In this document: positions 52,556 to 64,000 of the stretch, in pieces
Layout: every line of letters starts with the position of its first letter
How positions within the stretch are numbered: the first letter of the stretch is position 1
Source of the DNA: Octopus vulgaris
Lineage: Eukaryota
NCBI GenBank assembly: GCA_951406725.2
Contig: OX597830.1
Coordinates: 59,024,001-59,088,000, forward strand
Reading direction: 5' to 3'
DNA length: 64,000 nucleotides
Program-made: the position numbers and the translations under genes
The notes under the pieces: model-generated
What the model saw: only the letters and a program-made list of their open reading frames with translations
The model's database searches: none
Told to the model about the DNA's origin: nothing

Positions 52556-52604
<49 letters not shown>

Positions 52605-53718
52605 ACGGGCTTCTTTCAGTTTCCGTCTACCAAATCCACTGACAACTGACCGTGTCTTCAGTTGAAGGCACTTGCTCAAAGTGCCACGCAGTGGGAATGA
52701 ACCCGGAACCATGTGGTTGGGAAGCAAGCTCCTTACCACACAGCCACTTCTGTGCCTATACGACGGGCGTCTTTTCGGGTTCCGTTCGTCAAATCTACCC
52801 AGGAGCCCTCTGTCGGCCGAAGGCTATAGTAAAGGCCACTTGCCTAAGGTCCAACGCCTGCGGCTGCAAATTAAATATTGTAATTATATAAACGTAGATA
52901 CTGCGGCCAGCACAAACACAAACAGGTCGACTTTGCCTTTGATCAACTCGGTGTCAATAAAATAAATACCAGTTGAATACGGGGGTCGATGTAATCGACT
53001 TAACTCCTCCCCCAACCCCGGGATTGCTGGTGTTGTGCCAAAATTTGAAATCAATATTTAAGAGAAGGGTGATAGGATAAACCTACCCGAAGCAGTGTCT
53101 TTAATCAGTTTTGTGTTATACTTTTCATTATCATCCAGTTGGTTTTAAAAGAGTATCAAACTTAGCGGTTCGACAAAAGAGGCTGATAGAACACGTATCA
53201 AATTTTAATAATATGTACTGGCGAAGGAGGCTGAAGCGATTTGTTCGACTGAAACTCTTCAAAGCGATAGCCCCAGCGTGGCCGCAGTCCAATGACTGAC
53301 ACAAGTTAAAGAAGACAGATAAAAAATTAAAGCTACAAACTTCGTAAGACTAACATCACGACGTTTCCTTTTATATAGAAAAAACATCGTCGGACTTCGA
53401 CTGTCGATAGAGACATATGACGTCGTCAGTGCAAGGGAGGTAACTCTCGATGATTCAATTCTCGCGAAACGATGCAGAGATCGAAAGATCAGCGAATCTC
53501 TTCCGTGACCGACCTTAAAAGGTCATCAGCAAATACCAATGTCGACGCATTCGGATCGATGTGGGTGAGGTGTGTTCGATTCATATTTATTGAATCTTTC
53601 AACGCGTTTCAACAGTCTGCTATTTCTGTTTTGCCTTTGATACGGTGTAATTGTTTGTATGCGTGTGTGTATAATAGATATGCACGTGTGTGTGTGTGTG
53701 AGTTTGTTCTGAATATTT

Positions 53719-53793
<75 letters not shown>

Positions 53794-54003
53794 CACACAT
53801 AAATATACACACACATATACTTTTATTCTTTTACTTGTTTCAGTCACTTCACAGCGGCCATGCTGGAGCACCGTCTTTTTTAGTCGTACAAATCAGCCCC
53901 AAGACTTATTCTTTATAAGCGTAGTACTTATTCTATCGGTCTCTTTTGTCGAACCGCTAACATGGGTTGTCAAGCAATGGTAGGGGGACAAGCACACACA
54001 CAT

Positions 54004-54046
<43 letters not shown>

Positions 54047-54713
54047 TACATACATACATACAAGCATAAATGCTCGCGCGCACGCGCACACTCATACATA
54101 TACATGCATAAATACGCACACACACACACACACTCACGTGTTTGCTCACCACCACCACTTGACAACCAGTGTTGGTGAGCTTATGTGTTTGTAACTTGGC
54201 GGTTCAGCAAAACAGCCCAATAAAAATAAGTGCCAAGCTTAAACAAATAAAAGTCCTGGGATCAATTCATTCGACTAAAATTCTTCTACACGGTGCCCCA
54301 GCATGGCCGCAGTCTAATGACTGAAGCAAAACATTATATACATACATACTTATATATACAGACACATACACACACACAAACACACACACACACACACACA
54401 CACACGCATATATATGAATAATTACTGTGAAGCATTGTGTAGTATATATTGCATAAAAGATCGTGGGTAAGGCCAAAACAATGCGAAGTAAATGCAAGGT
54501 AAATCACAAGAAAACAAATATGTGAATTAATGTAGACTTGCCTTGTATTCGATATTTCGGGGTTATGACCCCATTTTCAAGAAATTCACGAATGTTGCCG
54601 ATGTGCGTATGTGTGAGCGTTGTTACCTAACACTCCGCTGAATCCCTAGCACGAAACCGATTTGTAGTAAATATATAAAACTGTACACGTCGTATTATAC
54701 ATACATACATACA

Positions 54714-54744
<31 letters not shown>

Positions 54745-55084
54745 GTGTATATTTATATATAACATTTCTCCGGTGTTTTTTTTGTCCTTGTTTTCGTAAA
54801 CATTCGCTTGCTTTCTTCCAAAGAATCTAGTGTTGTTAGCTTAGATTTTTGGGGGGCCGGCCAGATTGGAGCAGTCTCGAATGTATCCGGCCGACACTGC
54901 AGGGATGATCCGGAACTCGATTAACAATAGAAGGCTCTGAATGACTCGTCCTTGTTTTTTTTTCTATCCTTGTTTGTATCGTCTAATTGTCCGAATGTTT
55001 TGTTGTCGCATGTTACGTTCTTGTACCATTTTTTAAATATATATCCATATAGCGGCCTACGTACACTTTTGGTCTCCTGTATGC

Positions 55085-55139
<55 letters not shown>

Positions 55140-55144
<5 letters not shown>

Positions 55145-55605
55145 GATGGCAGAATCCCCAAGGACATACTCTACGGAGAGCTTGCTAGGGGTACTAGGTC
55201 TGTGGGTAGACCGATCTTGCGTTACAAGGATGTTTGCAAAAGGGATATGAAGGCCTGCAACATCAACATTAGCGGTTGGGAGGCAGTCGCCGGCAACCGT
55301 GGAGAATGGCGACGTACAGTAAAAGAGGGTATACAGAGGAGTGACAGAAAGAGAGAGGAGAAATGGAAAGAAAGGAAGAGACATAAACAAGAGACCATGG
55401 CACTACAATCAGCCAGGAACAGTCTTCGCTACATTTGCAGTACCTGCCAGAGGGAGTGTTTGTCCAGGATAGGACTACACAGCCACAGCAAGAAATGTAA
55501 CAGGAAATAAAATATAACAGCCGGACTAGACCTAGAAAAAAAAAAAAAAAAAAAAAAAATGCATAACTCCATTGTCTCCCGAGACAGAAAGGATGCCAAA
55601 CAAAT
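55140..55605 (+). mobile_element. RTE (BovB-like) LINE 3' end
   Basis: DGRIPKDILYGELARGTRSVGRPILRYKDVCKRDMK and C-terminal finger CSTCQRECLSRIGLHSH; 3'UTR hairpin TGTCTCCCGAGACA..GGATGCC. Confidence 0.85.
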
Positions 55606-55789
55606 ATAGTGGCTGCCCCCACCCCCGTTATCGAGTATGGCCATTGCACGAAGCTTAATCAATGTTGTTATCGTGCAATGCCTGTGCAAAAATATTTATT
55701 TAAAGTGAGGAAAGGCTGTGCACTGAGTCAATCCCACTCACTAAGCAACAGCAGCCATAATCCGAAAAGAAGAACAAGTCAACATCATC

Positions 55790-56147
55790 GGTAACCACTG
55801 AGCCGCAGGTTTTATGTCGGAGTTATCCCAGTTACCTGAGTTACCTTCTCCTAGAAGGATGCCTTAACAAAGGCTAGGAGTCCTTCACTCCCAATGGTTT
55901 AACCGCGCGATCGAGTATTCAGTCCGATTATTTCTATGCCCCCGCGCATAATACAGCATTAAGACATTTATTGGATGGCCGTTGACTCTCAAGAGTTCCT
56001 CCGCCCTTTGACGAGTTTTGTTTTTCATCCTGCAGGGTGTCCAATAAACACCCTCCTCACCAAGCAAGCCTGGTGGGGTTGCCGGTTTAGTCGCCGACGA
56101 CCCGACCATGCAACAGGTTGTACTGGGTTACATGTTACCAGTAGCAC
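55790..56147 (-). mobile_element. Probable non-LTR (RTE-like) 5'UTR-derived repeat
   Basis: Minus strand AGGCATCCTTCTAGGAGAAGGTAACTC resembles RTE 5'UTR motifs; GC-rich hairpins; no ORF. Confidence 0.4.
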
Positions 56148-57171
56148 ACACCAACAAACACACACACACAAACAGACACACACACAATTATGTAGAAAGA
56201 ATAAATATGATCCAAGTCCTTCTAAAGTTCTGTGCAATGATTGCGTTACGGTGCTATTGGTGTCATGTGGTCCACCCTGATTCGTCGTCGATGAACCCCG
56301 CAACTGTTTCCATTGTAATAGTCACATATAACAAACAGACGTTATGTGTTCTTTATTCTGCTCAGAAAACGATTTCAATTCTATTGTTTGTACGCTATCA
56401 GAACATGTTTTATTGTAATGAAACAAAAAAATATAATTTCGCTCTAGAATCGTGTATTAACAGAATCGTCAGAAGGTCGGGGAAGTTCCTAATATTATTC
56501 ATTTCGGTTCTTTGCGTTCTCAGTTCAATTCTCACTGAGGTCTACTTTGCCTTTCATCTCTCTGGAGTCAATACAATAAAGTACCAGTCAAGTACTGGAG
56601 TCGACTGTGTCGACTAATTCACGCCCTCACCTCAAGATTGCCAGCCGTGTACTTAATAATAACTGTCAGAAGCAGTTATTATGATGATTCATCGTAAAAG
56701 TGTTGGTATATCCAACATCTGTAATAGTTTTTCGTGAATCGACTTTTGTAACTATTGTCACTTGTGGATTGGTATTCGTTGGAAACTATTACGGAAGAAT
56801 AATCTGATTACACGGTGATGGACTCAAGGAATATCTGTTGCTTTCTTTTATATTCATTGTTTGTAAAGAATATTCTTTCTTGTAAAGAAGTTGTCTGAAA
56901 AATACGATTCTGAAGTGTGGATACACACCTCTGACTTCTTTCTACAGATTGAAGCAGAGTCTGCTGATGTTACTGTTGAGATGGAAACGTCAACGAAAGA
57001 AAATATCTTCATTTTACCTTTCCCGTCTAGATTACGTGAGCAGAATTGACAGAAACTGTAGGAAAACGGTTCTTAGTTTCCTTATTCCTCAGTGAGAATT
57101 TAAATCCTATCCATTCAGTAAGTACGAAACAAAGTACAAACAATATATTGCGATATATGTATATATATATA

Positions 57172-57378
57172 GTTAATCCAAACATGAAAGCACAAAAAAA
57201 AACACAACAACGCGAGGACATGGAACAAATATAGTATTATTGGACGCTCAGGAAAGAAGGAAAGAAGGAGGGTTTAACGTTTCGAGCGGAGCTCTTCGTC
57301 GGAGATATAGGAGAAGGAAAGATCCAGAGAAGGGAAGACAGAGGAAAGAAATCGCCAACGGTACACACGCGGTCACAT
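57172..57378 (-). mobile_element. Second copy of the ~210-bp hammerhead-containing element
   Basis: Same ends as 9495-9703 (GTTAATCCAAACATGAAA...ACACACGCGGTCACAT); minus strand CCGACGA-A-GAGCTCCGCTC-GAAA-CG-TT-AAAC. Confidence 0.65.
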
Positions 57379-57383
57379 TTTGT

Positions 57384-57415
<32 letters not shown>

Positions 57416-57697
57416 TTGTCTTGAGAAAAAAGTCATCAGAATTTTGGAAAAAAAAATCTTTTTATTTTTTCATTATTATTAGCGCTTTCGTTCGTTTCTT
57501 GAACTTGACAAATAAAATTTTGTGAATGTACAAACAGGTCGTTCATTTATATAAAGCAGACGATTTTTTGGGTGGGGGTGGGGGGTTGTTTAGAAGAAGA
57601 GAACATTGTTTTTGTTTTTTGGGGTGAAGTTCCATGACAATGGAAATAGACAGGTAGAGAGGGGGAGAGGGAGAAGGGGGATCCCCCTTCCCGTTCC

Positions 57698-57754
<57 letters not shown>

Positions 57755-58580
57755 CTATAGATCATTTTCGAACTGACTGTAATTAAATATTTTTGCTATC
57801 TTCTTTCTAATTTCGAGGGTAGTGTGATGTCGATTACATATCATTACAAATGATACTGATATTAACGACCCCGAAAAGATAAAATGCGAATCGACCGTGG
57901 CGACATTCGAAATCAGAACATAAATAGCCGGAAGAAATATTGCTTAGTGTTTTGTCCGGCAGAGTCAAGAATCTTCCAGCTCGCTGCCTTGGCTCTGTAA
58001 GCAAAGGTCCAAAGCCTCAATTTCGGAGAAATGGATCAGTCGATTTCATTAACCCCAAGGCTCATCTGGTTCGTATTTCATCGAGAAAAGAACCGAAAAG
58101 CAAAGTCGATCTTGGCAGGATTTGAACTCAGAAATGTAATAACTAAATATAGAATCAACATTTCTTCTTGTTTCACCTCCAATCTGTAGATGACATCGAG
58201 CTTCTATTCCTGGATCTCAGTTTCGCTAAAATACTTATATGAAAGACATAAGTCCTTGAGTTTGCTCCCTGTTTCTTTTCGTTAATTTTTTTCAAGAGTC
58301 GATCCCTTCTCTGGCCTATAAGACCAGACGTTATAGAAGCAAGCACTAACATGTTAAGGAAGCATTCATTTCCTGACGAGTTCAACTTACTTTTATTCTG
58401 ATAAGAAAAGCAATTGCGGATGTGAAAGATAAAAATACGTTCAGCGAGGAAGTAGTCTTTCTCTAAGTATTTGTCATTTTAACTTCATTCAAACGCACGA
58501 AATTAGTTTTCCTAAATTAATAAATACAAAGAAACAAGGAAAAATTCCTTCCAAAATCTACGTTTTTAATTATAACAAAC

Positions 58581-58736
58581 CTGATCTGAATCGGCCCCCT
58601 TGGTGATGCCCTCCGTTACCAATCGGTAGCTGGGTGCTGGTAGGATCTGCTCCATCATTTACATCTCTGTAATAATCTGGATATTCAAGCTCATCTCCGT
58701 AATTCACGAACAGTTTTTCCGGTTTTCTTGCATACA
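58581..58736 (-). CDS. Exon 2 of secreted chitin-binding protein (end of signal peptide plus Tyr/Asp- and Gly/His-rich linker)
   Basis: Acceptor TTTTGCTTCTTTTCACAG|TG, donor TCAG|GTTTGT; 156 nt, phase 1-1. (V)YARKPEKLFVNYGDELEYPDYYRDVNDGADPTSTQLPIGNGGHHQGGRFRS, in frame with exons 1 and 3. Confidence 0.82.
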
Positions 58737-59635
58737 CTGTGAAAAGAAGCAAAACATTTCTGGCTTTATTTTCAACAACATAGGAAGATAAAATGATATA
58801 GAGGCGCAAACATGACGGTGCGGTTCCGGGTTCAGACCCACCACACGTGACCCACCACACGTGACGCCTGCGCAAGTCTCTTCTACTATAGCCTCCGGCC
58901 GAATAATAGCTTGTGTATGAATTTGGCTGGTAGAAACTGTATGGAAGCCCGTCATGTTTCTTTTATCTTTTATACTTGCTTCAGTCATTGGATTGCGACC
59001 ATACTAGAGAATTACCTTGGAGGAGGATGGCCTCAGTCGAACGAATCGACACAAGAATTTATTTTTTTTTAAAGAACCGCTAAGTTATGGGGACATAAAT
59101 AAACCAACACCAGGGGCCAAATACAAACAGTGACGGGGACCAAACACAAAGAAACACACACAGATAATGGGTCTCTTTTAGTTTCCATCTACGAAATCCA
59201 CTTCCAAAGCGTTGTTCGGCCCAGGCTCATAGTAGAAGAAACTAAGCAGTGATATTTTGAATGCGTTTAATACGTACATTTCAGACGATTGCATAATACA
59301 TAAGAACGGAATTTCATCTCTTACGATGCAAAATCCCCCTCAGTTAAGACATATCAAAATAACTCCATCAACACGGACATTATCACAAGAAGTTGTTGTA
59401 GTTTGTTCTTTTCTTCGACTTGTGTTGGAAATTCTCGTCACGTACGTCACTTCTAAGCTTGCTCGAAATACGAAGTAGAAAAACAACCGACAACTGATGA
59501 AGGGTCGTTTTTTTTATGTTGCTTGTCTTGTTTTCCATTTGTTTCTTTCGTTGTTAGCAAAAATAAAAGCTCGTATTCCATGTTTTCGTATTTCGTATTT
59601 CATGTTGTTTACGTTCTGTGGTGTCCTGTGCCCAT

Positions 59636-59671
<36 letters not shown>

Positions 59672-59724
59672 CGTTTGTAGAAAACAAATCTGAAACAAGA
59701 AGCACACTCTAATGTGTAGAGCAG

Positions 59725-59882
59725 TATATATTAAAAATGGGGAAGGCTGGTTTATGAGCTTACCTTAATTTCCCCGTCCATAAAGGGTTTAGCTTTATGG
59801 CGTATCAGCATAAAGCTAAACATTTTATGAACGGCAAACCTAAAGTAATCCCATAAACCGGCTTCCCCATTTTTAATGTATA
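59725..59882. mobile_element. Fold-back (palindromic) MITE-like element
   Basis: ~75-bp arms TATATATTAAAAATGGGGAAGG...TTTAGCTTTATG and CATAAAGCTAAAC...CTTCCCCATTTTTAATGTATA around a short spacer. Confidence 0.65.
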
Positions 59883-60261
59883 TATTGTGTTAAGCGTAGA
59901 AGTTTAGGTTCTTTACGTTCTGAGTTCAATTTCCGCCGAGGTCGACTTTGCCTTTCGTCCTTGGGAATCGATAAAATAAGTACCAAAATTACTGGCCTTG
60001 TGCTAAAATTTGAAACCGTTATTATAAGAGACGTGAAAGTTGGGACTTAATTTGATTGTAAGATCGTATAAGGATTGAAGGGGAATCGGCATCCGATATA
60101 TTTCTCGCGGTTATTAAATGTCTGGTAAATATTTTGTTAAAATTCCGGCGACGAGGATTAACTCTGGATTTCACCCCACCCCCGTATATTTCGTGAATTT
60201 AGAGGGTTCAGATTTGCAATACTATCCCTATATTTCCCATTGTAGATGGGCAGATTTGCTA

Positions 60262-60550
60262 TCTTACTATAATGGGCGTAATGTCCGTCTGTCTGTCTCT
60301 GTGTCTGTTCCCTCTTCACGGTCAGATGGCTGGATCAATGGCTACGAAATTTTTCAGTATTACAAAGATGGTCGTCAGGAAGGTTTTTAGCATTAAAAAA
60401 CAATTAGAAAGTATAATTATTCCGTTAATATCTATTTTTGAATTGATAAACCACCTTTGCATTTTTATTAAAAATTCACCGACCACGAGTAACTACGGGG
60501 TTTCATTGTATAGTTCGTGGCCCCTTCGTAGATACAAAGGGGGTTAATAG
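60262..60550 (+). mobile_element. Probable non-autonomous Helitron 5' end
   Basis: A|TCTTACTATAAT...GTCCGTCTGTCTGTC...GGCTGGATCAATGGCTACGAAATTTT, a typical Helitron 5' layout; the 3' CTRR end was not located. Confidence 0.45.
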
Positions 60551-61051
60551 CGAAAATGAAATGGAAAAAGTGTGTGTCAGTATATAGTGTGTGTGATTAT
60601 TTAGTGGTTATTGAAGTACGCCAGTCTCGAGCGGGATTCGAAACGACTAATCGAAGCGGATGTTGTTTACATCTCAGTTTTGTCAATCAAAATAACCCAT
60701 GGTACCAGAACATCCAGACATTATTTGCATAAAACAGTCTTAGTTTGATTTTTTTGGAACCCTAAAGATTCCGCTCGCGCATTCACGGCAAACAAAACAC
60801 GGAAACAGACTTCAGATCGTGTAGGTGTATTTTTACACACTCCGATATTTACACACAGCCAGTTATACGTCGCTATGTGTAGAGCAACGGACTTCCGTAA
60901 TAATGTCGACCAAACAGAAAATATTGTCTACAAGGAAGTTTTGTAATCATATTGATATTATCGGAAGGAATATGATTTATAATTTAGAAAAGGAAATTTG
61001 TGAACTTTGAATGTCTTAGAGTATAAACAAACGTAAAATAGTGTAAACAAC

Positions 61052-61472
61052 GGATCTTTTCGGTTTGAACGGCAGTTTTTAACATAATTTCTAGGTAACT
61101 AAAAAATTTTAAACTTCGTATACTGGTAGAATGTGTTTATAAGACATCTTTTTCTCTTGGCTTTATTGAGAAAATTCTATAGTTTGTAAGATATTTGTTG
61201 TTTTTTTCTTCAATTTCTGCAATTTCAACCAATCAAATACGTCTATTGAGGTAAAAAAAAAACCATTCTGTGCCTCGTTTAAGGAACAGATTGGGTTTAT
61301 TTACATTTGTGAAGAAAAAAAGATACCCTTCCCCCACCCCTAACCCTAACCCTAACTAACCCTAACCCTAAAACAGATTGAAATGCAATAGATCGATACT
61401 AAGGTCATAATTATGGGTGACAATTTCATATGACACCGCTAGAAAAAACTGCCGTTCAAATCGAAAAGATCC
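61052..61472. mobile_element. MITE with ~30-bp GG..CC TIRs, 8-bp TSD and internal (CCCTAA)n
   Basis: TIRs GGATCTTTTCGGTTTGAACGGCAGTTTTT and AAAAACTGCCGTTCAAATCGAAAAGATCC; TSD TAAACAAC at 61044-61051 and 61473-61480. Confidence 0.9.
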
Positions 61473-61570
61473 TAAACAACTAAAATATTAGTATATCTAA
61501 ATAACATTTTTTTTTTCTTAACAGCAACAACAACAACATTAACAAATAATCTTGCTGCATTCATACATAC

Positions 61571-61610
61571 CTAATTCGACAACGACGAAGAGAATGAAGA
61601 CTATTTTCAT
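61571..61610 (-). CDS. Exon 1 (signal peptide) of secreted chitin-binding protein
   Basis: CCAAC-ATG AAA ATA GTC TTC ATT CTC TTC GTC GTT GTC GAA TTA G|GTATGT gives MKIVFILFVVVEL, phase 1. Joined to exon 2 it gives MKIVFILFVVVELVYA with a V-x-A cleavage site. Total CDS 40+156+197 = 393 nt. Confidence 0.8.
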
Positions 61611-61664
61611 GTTGGTTATTTTTCGAATCTTCGCACAACCTGCTTGTTGCAATCTTTCCTAAAG

Positions 61665-61703
61665 AAGTGAATCGGCAGAGCGATGCCAAATGTAGTATTT
61701 ATA
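61665..61703 (-). promoter_or_regulatory. TATA box and initiator-like element of the chitin-binding gene
   Basis: TATAAATA at 61703-61696 (minus), with ATTCACTTC about 31-35 nt downstream and ~60 nt before the ATG. Confidence 0.6.
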
Positions 61704-61750
<47 letters not shown>

Positions 61751-62557
61751 GTATGTGCGTGTGTGTGTGTGTGTGTGTGTGTGGCCGGCCAAAAGCACCA
61801 CGTATACAAGAATTAATAAGGTTGACTCAGGGATTAGAGCTTGCAAACCCGATTTTGTTTGTTTTGTAGGAAGTAGGAGTTAGCTCGTCCCCTTCTTTCG
61901 ACAAAACAGTCCGACTAATTAACTTGAGGAGAAAGTAAATGAAAAAAAAGAAAGAGAGAGTAAAGAATAGTTACTATTAACATTATGGTGACGGCAATGG
62001 CACTGAGGGTGGAGCAGGGGTGGTGGTGGTGGTGGTGAAAACGACAAAATTTTAGATGATGACGATGATAATGACGATGGTGACTGATGGTAGGGGACGA
62101 TTATGAAAAAAAATTCTTTCAAATTTTGGCACAAGGCCATCAATTTTTTTTTTTGGTGGTGGTGGTGGGGGAGAATTGTCGATTACTTTGATCCCAGTAC
62201 ATCACTGGTACTTTATTTTATTGACCTCCGGCAAGATGAAAGACAAAGTTGGCCTCGACGGAATTCGAACTCAGAGGGTAAAGAACCGGAAGAAATGCCG
62301 CAAAGCATTTTGCCCGGTAAGCTAACGATTCTACCAGAACATAGCCTTAGTAACCCTTACTGCTTTAGGCACAATGCCTTGAATTGAGGGGAGGGGCTGA
62401 GTCACTTGTATCGATCTCAGTGCGCAAAGGGTACTTATTTTATCGCACCCGAAAGCATAAAAGCCAAAAATCGCCCTCGGCAACATTGAATTCAGAGGCG
62501 AAGAAATGCCGCTAAGAATTTTGTCCGACATGCTAACAATTCTGCCAGCTCGTCGCT

Positions 62558-62780
<223 letters not shown>

Positions 62781-63091
62781 ATGAAGGAGAAACTTTCAAA
62801 ATACAAAGACCTGGAAATAGAGGTAACCAGAATGTGGAATCTAAAAACAGAAACAATTCCTATCATAGTAGGTGCATTAGGCATATCCAGACAAATACAT
62901 AACAAAAACACCAGGACTTACAAACACATATAACATACAGAAAATTGCACTACTAGGCACTGCACACATCCTACGCAGAACACTTTCCATACAATAACCA
63001 TCAGAGCATCACAACAAATCACAACACATACCCAAGGCACACAGAGCTGCGCTCGGTAGTGAAGTGAAAGCACGCTATAAAAAATATACTA

Positions 63092-63094
<3 letters not shown>
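62781..63094 (+). mobile_element. R4/Dong LINE 3' end (same family as 17818-19404), followed by (AAT)n
   Basis: KLSKYKDLEIEVTRMWNLKTETIPIIVGALG and a near-identical 3'UTR ...GTGAAAGCACGCTATAAA..ACTACTG. Confidence 0.9.
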
Positions 63095-63166
<72 letters not shown>

Positions 63167-63269
63167 TGTTGTTGTTGTTGTTTCAAATTTTGGCACAAGG
63201 CCAGCAAGTTCGGTGAAGCTGATAAATCGATTACGTCGACCGCAGTACTTAATAATAAGTGTTTATTGG

Positions 63270-64000
63270 TTGGAAGCTCAGCACACAGAGCAAAAGAACG
63301 AACGAAAACAAAGGAGCGTCGGGGGAAGGGAGCGACATTCACCCATCTTTTAACAAATTTACTGGGAGACAGTGCTTCCGAAAAAACGGTTTGTGAGAAC
63401 TTGGCCGAAAAAGAGAATGCCTGTTTTCAGCTCTTTCAGTCATGTCCACCACATAACCTCTTTCGCCATAGCCACCAGGAAGGCAGCGGAACAATCTTCG
63501 CGAAAGAATCGACCGATTGCTGGATCCATCCAACACGCGACACCAAGTCTTCGCCATGATTCCTTAAGTGACCAATGCTCGAGCGCTGTGTGTGTGTGTG
63601 TGTGTGTGCAGAACGGTTTCATCATTCCGTGCTCATCTCGGTCAGGATCGGTCGACGGAACTAGCATACCGATAGAGTTTATCTTGAACGGGCAATGTGA
63701 TCCGGTATCACTGCTAATCCAAGGATTTCTGAAGTTGTCCATGGGCCCTGGCCCAATAGCTCTTAGAAAATGACCATCCAGTTGATTCTCCGAGAACATC
63801 ATCGTTCTTACCTAACATTAATTCTCAGTAGAATGCCATAGTGCAACATCCATCGACCGCATTACCCGACTTGCAGAGGACCGTAGCGCCTGACGGTACT
63901 AGAGGTACTTAGTGCCCTGCTACGCTTAATTCAGGACTAAAAGAAACTAGCTGCGGGAAAGAATGGTGCGCCAAACGAACGGCGACCACACATGCTGACC
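63270..64000 (-). mobile_element. Tx1/L1-clade LINE ORF2 3' fragment
   Basis: GPGPMDNF, DETVLH, FLVAMAKEVMWWT; homologous to 20130-21422 and 32600-33466. Confidence 0.65.

Noticed and set aside
53350-53600. Additional hammerhead-like half motifs (CTGATGA, GAAACGTC)
   Set aside because: Could not assemble paired stems I-III around a complete core.
56948-57050. Plus-strand acceptor TTCTTTCTACAG followed by a short open frame (IEAESADV...)
   Set aside because: No recognisable domain or partner exons; antisense within intron 2 of the gene.
58177-58226. Possible extra 49-nt minus-strand exon (TTTTAG|CGAAAC...TGGAG|GTGAAA) between exons 2 and 3
   Set aside because: Weak polypyrimidine tract and donor; the length would shift exon 3 out of frame.
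61338-61371. Telomere or chromosome-fusion site
   Set aside because: Only a few units, inside a TIR/TSD-bounded MITE.

Overview
AT-rich, microsatellite-saturated eukaryotic DNA. The SINE families and repeat landscape look like an octopus/coleoid cephalopod genome (inference; no database check). Almost all long ORFs in the track are microsatellite artefacts or retroelement fragments. One real gene is supported, and the ORF track misses it: a 3-exon minus-strand gene (61610-61571, 58736-58581, 48519-48323) with canonical phase-1 GT/AG junctions, a TATA box and a polyA signal. It encodes a 130-aa secreted protein with a signal peptide, a Tyr/Asp-rich then Gly/His linker, and a 4-Cys chitin-binding type-2 (CBM14) domain. 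The rest is mobile DNA: a 5'-truncated CR1/L2-group LINE, R4/Dong REL-LINEs stacked in (TAA)n, Tx1-like and RTE fragments, a Helitron, mariner remnants, MITEs and at least three tRNA-derived SINE families. The most notable observations are (i) about ten minimal hammerhead-ribozyme motifs in Penelope-like/retrozyme-like units, several with a recurrent CCGA core variant, (ii) two apparent SINE-LINE 3'-tail partnerships, one with a covarying stem-loop, (iii) microsatellite-targeted retroelements, and (iv) stacked SINE insertions with a triplicated TSD just upstream of the last exon's splice acceptor. Repeat boundaries were read by eye and are approximate unless termini are quoted.
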